Positions 21,907 to 33,900 of a stretch of 64,000 nucleotides of DNA are shown here, piece after piece. The notes beneath the pieces are model-generated. The model was not told the origin of the DNA, made no database searches, and was given only the letters and a program-made list of their open reading frames with translations. Position numbers and translations under genes: made by a program. Numbering within the stretch: the stretch's first letter is position 1; each line of letters starts with the position of its first letter. This DNA comes from Hormiphora californensis (taxonomy: Eukaryota; Animalia; Ctenophora), in NCBI GenBank assembly GCA_020137815.1, contig CM035352.1:2046001-2110000 (forward strand), read 5' to 3'.

Positions 21907-24900
21907 TCAATAATCTAAGTCGAATTCATGTAATAAGGATGGGGGATCAGTTGCACTACTGAATGTCTGTGTACGAGGCAAATCTTCGTCTAACAATGAA
22001 TCATAAAACTCCTGATTTGGTCCACCACCTACACGCTGATCGTCCACCATTGCCACGTCATGATTTCTCGCCCTCAGTATACTCTTTAGTGTGCCCCTTC
22101 TGTAACGCTTCCTCCACGTCAAGTCATCAAAGAGTGCCAAAGAGTTGCTCATATAACTTTTATCTGGAGAGGGAGAGGGAGAGTTATAAAGAGGTACCTT
22201 TGGGTCCGCACAGACTGATCAAGTCGCGTGCTGTTCAAACGTGATCAAGTCACATGGACTGAGCAGATCTAATCAGCTTGGGACACAAAAAACTTTCAAC
22301 GACAAGGAACAATGTGTGATCAGTCTGTGCGGGTCCTTTATGTTGTCTATTTCTACCGTTTCTCTCACTCTCTTCCACTCTCTTTCTCTCCCCCTCTATG
22401 CCCATAAGGCGTGTGCGTGTGTCACTCCGAAACCTTGAGTATACTGACCTCGGCAGGCATAAACTTTGCAGCACGGATCCAGAGGGTCTTGTAGTATCAC
22501 TGGGTCTGGACAGTTAGGTCTGTTGTGTAGTAGACACCGCTGTCGACACCTTAACCCGCCCTGAAAATGTGGTTTTGAGGTCGTTGTTGGGTCCTTGCAA
22601 CCCCTGTGTGATACGGCACACGCCCCTCGAACCTTTTCTAAACGCGAAAACGGTTCTGGCGGATGCTACACAGGGCATTAAAAACAAGCAAACAAACCAA
22701 CAAACAAACAAACACGCAACTTTACCTGATAGCAATAGCAGATAAGATTACAGCCCATATCAAACTCTTCGCCATGCCGATAAAACTTGCCCTGGTAGTA
22801 ACAGGTGAACTTCGTATCTGAGGGGGGGGAGGAGGTTAAACGTGATGTAGGGTCAGAGGGGCCTGTAAGACAGTAATATCATATCGAGAAGGGTCCTATT
22901 ATACATAGTGTGGTTAACTGCCACTGGCATGGGTATAATATGATGGATAGACGAGGGAGCCGAATCTTAGTTACAGTAGTTTATAGAAGCTCTATCTGTC
23001 TATTATCTGTCTATTATCTGTCTATTATCTGTCTAGATATAAACTCACAGATGCAAGATACAGGTGTGAGAGTTGTAGGATCGTACCACATGGAGCTACA
23101 CGTAGCACACTTGTACTGAGCACACTGGGCACGGGAGTACGCGTCACACTTTTCTCCTGTCGAGAGAAAGGTAGTCAAGTACCTCCAACCTAAATAATAC
23201 TTAGGAACCGACCGACACAAGTAATCAACCAATCAGAACTCGTTATTTAGGTCACGTGACTGGTTTTCAGCCAATCAGGGACCAGTATTTCCTGATTCGG
23301 TCGGTGAGATCAATGCTCTGACAGAGCAGGATCCTTACTTCGACAGCTGTTCCGTACGCAGTACACCTCAGGGAGATTGTTGGGACAGTTCACAGTCACT
23401 CTAGGTCTTCTGTGTGAGGGGTCAGGGGGGTTCAGTCGGACACACCGAATATCCGTTACCCAGGGTAGGGCCCTCGTTCCTTTTATCTCCACGCCTGCAA
23501 GGGAATAGGGAATATAAAAAATAAGGATTAAGGAAGCACCATGTTAGGGAGCTATATAAGGAACTAGGGGAAGTTTCAGTAAACTGTGAAATGGATTAAA
23601 ATTTAACTATTCTACCCTTCCGATACAGAAAGAATTGACAGGCGAAGTTACCACGTACGATTGAATGCGTCGCGGAGTTAAAATACAACAATAAAACACA
23701 TTTCATAGTTCATACCTTGCTCATCTACGCACCAGCACTCTTTGGTACGAATATTGCACTGACGAGGGTAGTATTCACCAGTATCATCGCACTAGAAATG
23801 ATGATAGAACAATGGGTGAAAGATAGTATGGGGAGAAAGGGATCAGCGGGAGAAATAAATAAACAACGTATCGGCAGTTACTGTACTGCAGGAACCGACC
23901 GACACAAGTAAACAACCAATCAGAACTCGCTATTTAGGTCACGTGACTGGTTATCAGCCAATCAGGGACCAGTATTCGGTCGGTTCCTGCTGTACTGGAC
24001 AGTCTAGTGGACTGATAGGAAGTTTTCCGTACCTGTACAATTGAATAGAGGGATACTGGATAAAAGCCCTGGTAATCTTCCGCTGCTTCGATCTCCATCT
24101 TCTGGGTCCTTACACAGGGCGGATCATCTACACAAAGAGATAACGTTTAGATTTATCAATTATTGGTACTACCAATGGTAGTCATATTTAACGAGATATC
24201 TCACAAAAGACTGCATTACTCTTCGACGCGAACTGGGCCAATGGATAACTTACATCTGCACGTTTTAGACTGGTCCGATCTATTGAACATCTCACTAATT
24301 ACAGTTCCATTGAAGGGGTCCACACACCAGCACTGCTGCTTGTGGCACTGCTTCAGTTGATACCTGGATGAGTGGTGTGATCATGAGTAGTAATGACAAG
24401 TATCTCAATTCTCAATACACTGAAAAATGTCATCATTTTACTTTTCTGTGTCCTCCACATCACACTTCACAAAGTACTCTGAACCGAGAATCAGCTGGTT
24501 GTGCCGCTTTTCAATACAAGACAGAGGTGCCAGATCTATAGGGGATGGGTTGATGATGGTGAGAGAGGGGGATAAACTTTATCATAAAGAGATAGAGATG
24601 GAGAGACAGACAGAGACAGACAGACAGAGACAGACATAAAAATTACAGAGACAGGCAGAAACAGAGAATAGAGATGCAGAGCCAACTTGATAGGAGGGAA
24701 TGATGTGAGACGTGAGACATACTGATAAAGCAGATTGCACTGTCCTCTTCAGCTTCCTCTGGGAGCCTCCTGGACTCCTTACAGATACAGGATCCCCCGT
24801 CACACACGGTGTACCCACATCCTAGCTCACCAACTGGTAATTCACTACCTGCAATCAATTACACACTTCATAATATTGTTTGCAAGACCCTCAGCCCCCT

Positions 24901-27900
24901 AGCCCTACCTGGTAGATCGCGGTAGACCCCAGTCCCTCAGCCCCTGTCAGGCCAATGCTCTGGCCACAGTTCTCGCGCGCTCCTTATTTGAGAGAAATGA
25001 GAATATGGTCATGTCAGGCCAATGCTCTGACAGCTCGGCCCCTTATAGCAGTCCTACCTGGTAGTATTTCCCCGGTATGAGGTTCAACACACTGGCATGT
25101 GAAGGCAGTATAGCATTGCATCAGTTTGTAGGCGCCATCCTTCCCACACTCAGATCGGTAACAATTTTCAGGGTACTCAAACCGATCTAACAGGGAGTTG
25201 GGAGTGTTGGGAGTGTCTCATTATATCGACTCGATAACCGACATAATTCTGTAATAATCATTGTAATAATCATATCCAAAATAAACATACGGATCAGGGT
25301 CTAATGATAATATATAATTACATGATACAGATAAGTTAAACTTATCATTTAATGATACTGTCCCATCTTTCGACTTTCCGTATGTTTAATCAGGCTATGA
25401 AGCTATGGGGTAAATAATATGATATTGATATGATGAAACGAAATTTACTCACATAGATCTGGATTAAATATCGGAGGGCAAGCCTCATCTCTATCGACCT
25501 GGCAGCTTGTCCTTGTGTCCAAATTGTATCCACATATCATCTCAGAAAACTAAATGGAGTGAGGCGTTAATTATTCGTGAGTGATGAGGTGTTAATTACG
25601 TATCGATTAAGTGTTAATTAAGTATTAATTAGATGCTAATTAGATGCTTGTTATAATGTACCTCAGTAAATGTCCGGAAGGTGTTAGGTATGTTTCTACC
25701 ACTGTCCACAAACACACAGAAACACACGTCCCCTGAACACTGCCGAGGGTAGAAGTTCCCCACAGGGTCACAGCTCAGCGTCGTCTAAAGAGGGAATCCA
25801 TGGTTACCACAACTTGAATATGTATCCATAGTTACCACAACACGAATCTGTATCCATGGTTACCACAACACGAATCTGCAATCATGGTTACCATGCCATC
25901 TCTCCTAGTTACCTGGGCCTGGCAGGGTGTGGGAGGGTTAGTGGGTATAACCTCTATATGACCCTCCTCGTCACACACATATCGTCCTTTGTTGCCGAAC
26001 GAGTTAGGAAGTATTGCACCCGACCTATAAATAGTAACATGGATTATAATAACGAGTGGGAGGGTGGAGTTGTAATTTGTTTAGGGATCTACATCTCTGA
26101 GGTAACCTTCTAAAATAGGCACCACGTTTTATTGGGCAAACCTGACATTTGAACAAACCAACATTATCTACAATCTTGATCTACCGAACCCTCACAGAGC
26201 ACGTTCTCTTTGTAAAATATAGTGCGGTGTGAGTCGACCTGACACAAATCAATGCACACTTACGTAACGTTTACACAGAAGCATGTATCATCTTTACGGC
26301 ACTGGTTGGGTGCAAAGTTTCCATTGTCAGCGCATTCCAGGACCCTGGCACACTCTTGTTCGGTTGATGGAAGGACTAGTCCATCTCTATACTGATTTGG
26401 ACACACCCTCTGGTTGTGTCTGGAATATGGAGTTTGGAAAAAAGAAGGAAATAGGTTATATCAACCTTATAACAATAATAATGTGATTCCACTTGGTTAC
26501 GAAATGACCCTTCGCGCCGGCAAGGGAGGGGTAACTTCGTTACCCAAGTTCTAGTACCTGGTACAGAGAGAACGATCATCAAACTTGAGTTCACAATAGG
26601 GCATGGAACCACTCTGCTCTGTTCCGAAGATTGGGAATCCAGAGTCAGCATAGACACAGTAACAGACCCCACTTGAGCAGTCGGGGGTGGGGTACCATCC
26701 CTCCTCTGTGCATTTCTCAACTCCCTCCAGCTACAAATAGTAGTGTTATAAAGGGGGAACAAGAGGGGAGATGGGGAGGGAGAGAAGAAGAGGTGGAGCA
26801 GTCGGGGGTGGGGTACCATCCCTCCTCTGTGCACTTCTCAACTCCCTCCAGCTACAAATAGTAGTGTTATAAAAGGGGGAACAAAGAGGGGAGACGGGGA
26901 GGGAGAGAAGAAGAGGGGGAGCAGTCGGGGGTGGGGTACCATCCCTCCTCTGTGCACTTCTCCACTCCCTCCAGCTACAAATAGTAGTGTTATAAAGGGG
27001 GAACAAAGAGGGGAGAATAGCGGAGAACTGTATGAGAACTGAGAAGGGGGGGGGGAGGGGGTAAAAAGGAGGGAGGGTGTGAGTAGTGGGAAAACTGTGA
27101 ATTTCAAGGTGACCCACTTCTCTGGGCACTACAACTCTGGCTACTACAATTCTGGCTACTACAACTCTGGCTAGTAGCCACAGTTGTACACAACTCTGGC
27201 TACTAGGAGTGCATCTCTGGCTACCAAACGACCCCGCCTATGTATGCAACAGAACACCGACTCATTAGGTGATAGGTAGCTAGGTACACACTACGACGCA
27301 TTAATATACACGAGTTAGGTAATAGGTTATTGGTTTGCTGGATAAAGTACTGATAAGTTGAGAACATGGTGATTGCTTCCAGGCCAACCCCAAGGAATCG
27401 AATCCCGCCACTACAGCAACCTCCGCACCTAACAACACCAAGAGCTCTGACAACAACAGCGGAAAGACCGAGACCCTCCGTCGGCCGTCTACTAAGATAG
27501 TAAACGTGGACAGCGGATACTCGCCAGAAACGATGACTGATGCAAATGTCACATAGCTGTTACAGTTGTACTTCCGGGTAACATCACGTGATTAATGTAC
27601 TTCCGGGCCAGCCAAACGGAGTACATAGCGCGACGATTAATGTACTTCCGGGCCAGCCAAACGCAACGGTCTGTCAATTGCCCAATTACTTTTTATCTCC
27701 TCTCGCTCGATTTTCTGGAGAAAGGATATAAGGTCTAAATCCTCACTATAACCCCAAATTAGTGTGAGGCTCCCTCCGAAGTTCTTGGTACCCCAAGTCT
27801 CGTCTTCTCCATTCTCCTGTCCGAGGACTGCTGACCTGTCTTTGGTACAGGTACCGAGGCGAAGTTCGATCGTAGCGCTTCCTTCTTAGTTTGTCTAGAA

Positions 27901-30900
27901 TGACCAAGTCCAGTTTTAAGCCTGGATGGGGTTTTGTCTGTCGTATGTGAAATCCCAGAGAAATATGTTAGTAGCTCGTTCTCATCTCAAGCACGGTTCT
28001 GCATAGTTGGCTTCCACCCACTTTGATTCAGCAGGGAATCCGTAGTCATTGCACATTCCCCAGTGTGTTGTAGGGCGGCAGCAGAGACGGGCACAGCTAC
28101 AGCTACTCGATTCGTGTCTGTGCTGTCTAGTCTCCGTTGGAGAGTTTCGCGCGAATACGTTTGGATTGTTCCACCCGACTCGTTGTGTTCGTTAAAGATT
28201 ACGCACTTCCAGTCCACTTCCTTGCTCTTTCTCTTATGGCAGCTTTGATCCAGTTCGTGCGAAGGGCTTGATCCTGGGCAGCAAATAAATCGGTTCGGTA
28301 TATTGTGAGGCTTCTATTTTGTTGAGCCAGGCCCAGGTCGAAATCCAGGGTGTCCATTCCCCCTTCTCAGTCTGCGTTCAGGATCTGCCATGTAACACTT
28401 TGTCTTCCATTTCTCTACAAGTTCCGCCTCTAATCTTTTCCCTTCAGGGATTCTGCGTCTTCTGGAAGGTCCAGTTAGCATATCCTCAGTCTGCATTCGC
28501 GTGTGGAGGGCACGTATCCTGGGGGTCCGTAGGAAGTGTGAAGAATGTCACGAGTCCTTGTCTCTCCTTGCACAATGGAAATCTTCAATCCGCTGGAGGC
28601 CCTTCCTCCCAGTTTCATGCTGACATAAGTCGGTCAACGTCACGTTGTTTCTGATGACTCCTCTTCTCAGGATCTTCCTAGAGTAATCATATCTAGTCCA
28701 CTGGCTTCGGAAGTGGACCAGTCCAGTATTCCGGCACCGTAAGTATCACAGGTATTGCCCCAGTGGTGATTGCAGGATGAGGGGTTCTTGCCTTGCAGGT
28801 CGAGGAACAACAGTTCTTGACTCTTCCGAGTGTTATTCTATTTTGACCTTAGCTTTCATTTTCTTGATGTAGAATGCGGTCAACCTCCAGGATGCCGAGA
28901 CGGGGTGGGGGGTACTTATAGCATCCATCTGCCACCTCGGGTATTCTGTCTCCACTCGGTAGGCTTATTCCCTGCATCCGACTTCTGACTCCATCTACTA
29001 TGTATAGGGCTCCGATTTGGAAGACCAAAGGACATGTTGATGTCAGTGCTAAATTCTCAGGGACTGCCAAGAGTGTGGAGGTCATCTTTTTGAGCTGGCA
29101 TACAGGCTTAAGGTCGTCCAGGTATAGGCGGTGGTTAATCTAATATCGGATCTAGAGCTTTTGGGTAGATATGGTGTAGCCCTTCCTTGGTTAGTTAGGG
29201 AGATGGACAAGGGGACAAGCCGAAAATAAAGGAATCGGGAGACGGCGTCTCTTGGGAAGAGGCCCTCTCTTAGTGTATTGGGCACAGGAAGAGAGAAGCG
29301 ACGGAGAGAGAGAGAGAGAGAGAGGAGACGAGATGAGAGACGAAGCGAGAGCGAGCGGCTGCGCGATGAGAGCTGTTAGCGGCGAGCGCGCGAGCGCGAG
29401 CGAGAGCGCGCGCGCGCGGCGCGGCGCGCGCGAGCGCGCGAGCGCGCAGCGCGCGCGAGATGCAGGGGTAGGCCCACCCACAGCGGAGAAAAAGGGCAAA
29501 GGAACGAAAGCGGAACAAAGAGAGAGCAGAGAGAGCGAGAGCCCGAGCGAGACGAGAGAGAAGAGCGAGAGAGAGATGAGAGAGAGAGAGAGAGCGAGAG
29601 AGAGAGAGAGAGGTATGATAAGAAACAAGAAAAAAACAAAAACAAAAACCTAATAAATGGAACAAGTAGTTTAATATAATTATCAGACTGATACTCTCTC
29701 TCTCTCTCCTTCTCTCGCCTCTTCTTCTTCCTTCCATCTCTCTCTCTCTCTCTCTCTCTCCTCTCTCTCTTCTCTCTCTCTTTCTCTCTCTTTCTCTTTC
29801 TCTCTCTCTCAGGTAGTATATATAAACCACAGTAAACCACAGTTAAAATCAATTCAATTCTCGTTCAGCAACATCGACTATCCTCTTCGTACATTATGCA
29901 ATTCAAACACCCTGACACTGGTCTCCGACCTTTGAGTTTGTTATGCGCAATTTGCCAGGACGCTATTGATAATGTTGAAACCCCGCTCGCGGTTACCATT
30001 TGTAACCATTACTTTTGTGCAACTTGTTTGTTGCAATGGCTGTTGGTTCGGAGTGAGACGTCCAACTGTCCCTACTGCCGAACGAAGGTCAATCGCATCC
30101 GACTGGTTAGTTTCTTTTCTCAGTAAACAAAAGTAATTGTTTAGTAATTTGCAGTTAAGTTTGATTTTTTTTGATAAAGCAAACCGCCTGTACATTTTCA
30201 CGTATCGCGCGCTACCAAGTTCAATTCATGCTTTAAGGCAGCGGATTACGGGGGCCACTATCGGTTTGCTTTCTAAATCAGATTTGATTTATTCATTTCT
30301 ATCATTGCTCCCATCTTCAGGCGAGCTATGGGAAGTACCCTCATTGCACGGACGCGGGGAAGCTTCGTTTAATAAATGCTTATAGTTTTGAAAGAGTGAA
30401 TGGTACATTTGGGATTATTAGAGAGCTTGAAGAGGGAGAGTTTGAAGAGGGAGTTTATGGTACCCATGGTTAGAGTTGATGACACCATTCACCTCACCTC
30501 TAGATGTGGGCGGCGTGGTGTCACCTGACTACTACCATCGGAGGTGGTTACAGGCTATTAGAGAGAATAGAGATGAAGTCGGAGCAGATGTGTTGCATAG
30601 TATATACGAGGGAGAGAGAGTGTTCAATGAGGGCGAGAGAGAGAATGAGATAGGGAGCGAGAGTGAGCGAGATGTTGAGATGGTAGAGACAGACCAGAGT
30701 GAACAGCTGAGTGATACTGAGGATGAACAATTGAGTGATAGTGATGGAGAGAGTGTTATATTATTGTTATTATTATTATTATTATCATTATTATTCTATG
30801 GATTTCTTCCACAAAAAAAAATCTTGCATTCGTGTTCTTTGTTTGACGCAAACACACACACACACACAACAACTGTAACAGCTATGTGACATTTGCATCA

Positions 30901-33900
30901 GTCACGTGTTCAACTGTAACAGTCACGTGACCTGACTGTTTCAAAGGGGTTGAAATTCACAGTTTTCCCACTACTGGTGTGGACTGTGGATAGGAACATA
31001 AATCATTGTTCTAGGTTTGGTGATCCTACCTCGCATTTCGTTTTCTCCCTGATAATAATCAGCTCCTTGTCTCCATCTTCATTACAGGTAAATGTCCCCT
31101 TCGCTCCACTCGTCTCATGTTTCAAATCCCCCGTTCTCGGGTTGATGCACGTGCAAGTATCACCCTCACACTCCATCTTCCTGAAGTTACCCTCCCCATC
31201 ACACTCCTTATCCCACACACACCCCGGTAACATGTCAAAGGAGTTGGTAATGTCGAAATAGTATAACCGACACGCCTCCTCTTTCGCCCTCTGACAGTGG
31301 CCACGGGTGTCAAACTGCCTACTGCAAGCCGTACTTCCCCGAGTCATGGTGCCGGCTATTATTTTCCCCGTATCAACATACACACAGGCACAGAATCTAC
31401 CAAAGCACTGAGTTTCTCGATAGTAGTTCCCATCGCAACGCAACTGGTATTGGGACCTACACCTCTGAGGGAGGGAGTGAGACGTTGTATTGGGAGCAAC
31501 TGGTATTGGGACCTACACCTCTGAGGGAGGGAGTGAGACGTTGTATTGGGGGCAACTGGTATTGGGACCTACACCTCTGAGGGAGTGATCAGACGTTGTA
31601 TAATTGGGGGCAATTAAAAACTTTAAACTCTCTCTCTCTCTCTTGTGCACTTACTGATTTCCTGAGGGCCACATCACAGTGGACCTGGAAGGAGAGTCCG
31701 GTAGATCCAGGTATCCGGGTACCTGTATCTGAATCCAAACACCAACACACCTCCCCACTACACTGCTTAGACTCATACCTGTCGTTATAGTGTTGCACGT
31801 TAGTGTTGCACGTTAGTGTTGCACGTTAGTGTTGCACGTTTTATTAAGATCATACAGGCCAGGTGAATCAATGCATAATCATACTACTATTCATGATGAA
31901 ACTAACTGATACCAATTGTTTCTGTATTACCGTTCATCAGAGAGGCATTTGAGGGAGTTTAAACAGCCGTCTTTGAATCTCCACTCACTAGTTTGGGAGT
32001 TGAACTCCCTCTTACACTTGTTGAACAACTCTACAATACAGTTTCCTGGCGGGGGAATGTACTGGGGAGATTCAAGATTACAAATAAAACTGCGTGTGCC
32101 GTGCACAAAATACTAAATAAGGTACAATTAATTATCCTATACCTCTATCATCCTTGATCCTGGGACACAAGTGGTCCGGTGTGTCCTCCGAGAAGGGAAT
32201 GTACAGCCCGCTATCTGTATACACACACTGACTAACACCTCCAATAACCTGGGGATGTGTGTAACCATTTAGATGCAAATACTCAGGTGTAACCAATTAG
32301 ATGTAACGGCAACATTGTTACCGTGGTTACCATTGTTACCGTGGTTACCATGGTTACCATGGTTATTGGTTACCATACATCACGTAGGGTGCGCTCACCA
32401 CAACTGTTATACCTGATACGCATAGAAGCCTCCTGTATAATCACACTCAAGGATGTTCTGTTGGAGGCAGGCAGTGGGTGGTTGGCACTGACTCTTAGTG
32501 GCAGTGTTGTTGTCGTGACAGGTGAGCTGGCACTCTGGGCCCATTGAACCTGATACCATTGTACCATCGGACCGGTGTATACACCTGACAGAGAAAATTA
32601 ATCAGACTGTCCCTGACAGAAAGAGTTTACAAGACGCATATATCCCAAAAGTTTCTTAGAGATAAGGAGGTCAAAGTGGGAAAGTTTCTTATAGATTATG
32701 AGGTCAAAGTGGGAAAGTTTCTTAGAGATAAGGAGGTCAAAGTGGGAAAGTTTCTTAGAGATAAGGAGGTCAAAGTGGGAAAGTTTCTTAGAGATAAGGA
32801 GGTCAAAATGGGAAAGTTTCTTAGAGATAAGGAGGTCAAAATGGAAAAGCTTCTTAGAGATAAGGAGGTCAAAGTGGGTAAGTTTCTTAGAGATAAGGAG
32901 GTCAAAGTGGGACAAGTTTCTTAGAGATAAGGAGGTCAAAGTGGGAAAGTTTCTTGGAGATTAGGAGGTCAAAGTGGGAAAGTTTCTTAGAGATAAGGAG
33001 GTCAAAATGGGAAAGTTTCTTAGAGATAAGGAGGTCAAATTGGGAAAGTTTCTTAGAGATTAGCAGGTCAAAATAGGAAAGTTTCTTAGAGATAAAGAGG
33101 TCAAAGTGGGAAAGTTTCTTAGAGATTAGGAGGTCAAAGTGGGAAAGTTTCTTAGAGATTAGGAGGTCAAAGTGGGGCAAGTTTCTTAGAGATCAGGAGG
33201 TCAAAGTGGGAAAGTTTCTTAGAGATAAGGAGGTCTAAGTGGGAAAGTTTCTTAGAGATAAGGAGGTCAAAGTGAGAAAGTTTCTAAGAGATTGGAAGGT
33301 TAAAATGGGAAAGTTTCTTGGAGATTAGGAGGTCAAAGTGGGAAAATTTCTTAGAGATAAGGAGGTCAAAGTGGGAAAGTTTCTTAGAGATTAGGAGGTC
33401 AAAGTGGGAAAGTTTCTTAGAGATAAGGAGGTCAAAGTGGGAAATTTTCTTAGAGATAAGGAGGTCAAAGTGGGAAAGTTTCTTAGAGATTAGGAAGTCA
33501 AAGTGGGAAAGTTTCTTAGAGATAAGGAGGTCAAAGTGGGAAAGTTTCTTAGATATTAGGAGGTCAAAGTGGGAAAGTTTCTTAGAGATAAGGAGGTCAA
33601 AGTGGGAAATTTTCTTAGAGATAAGGAGGTCAAAGTGGGAAAGTTTCTTAGAGATTAGGAGGTCAAAGTGGGAAAGTTTCTTAGAGATAAGGAGGTCAAA
33701 GTGGGAAAGTTTCTTAGAGATTAGGAGGTCAAAGTGGGGCAAGTTTCTTATTATAATAGTAGAGTCGATAACTACATCGACCTCTCCCAATTGTTCCAGT
33801 TTTTGTCACATCTGTTTGGAGCCTCGACACGACCTCTAAACAGGTGTTACTTTTTCACAAACTGTTTTCATCTTGGTGTAATCAGCAGTTGAAATGTTGC

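Larger units (their letters stand above)
27082..30975. mobile_element. Non-autonomous Polinton/Maverick-type element (3.9 kb)
   Basis: Perfect 26-bp TIR AGTAGTGGGAAAACTGTGAATTTCAA (27082-27107 / 30950-30975), 6-bp TSD GGTGTG (27076-81 / 30976-81), a second 36-bp inner inverted repeat (27534-27569 / 30869-30904) and subterminal 15-bp tandem repeats at 27129-27225. Confidence 0.78.

Noticed and set aside
29290-29830. Arg/Glu/Ala and Ser/Leu-rich ORFs and a GC-alternating tract
   Set aside because: Degenerate GA/CT microsatellite, likely with base-calling noise.
32598-33839. LRR-looking SHFDLLISKKL / EIRRSKWESFL ORFs, and a possible CRISPR array
   Set aside because: An intronic minisatellite with contiguous units, no unique spacers and no cas genes.
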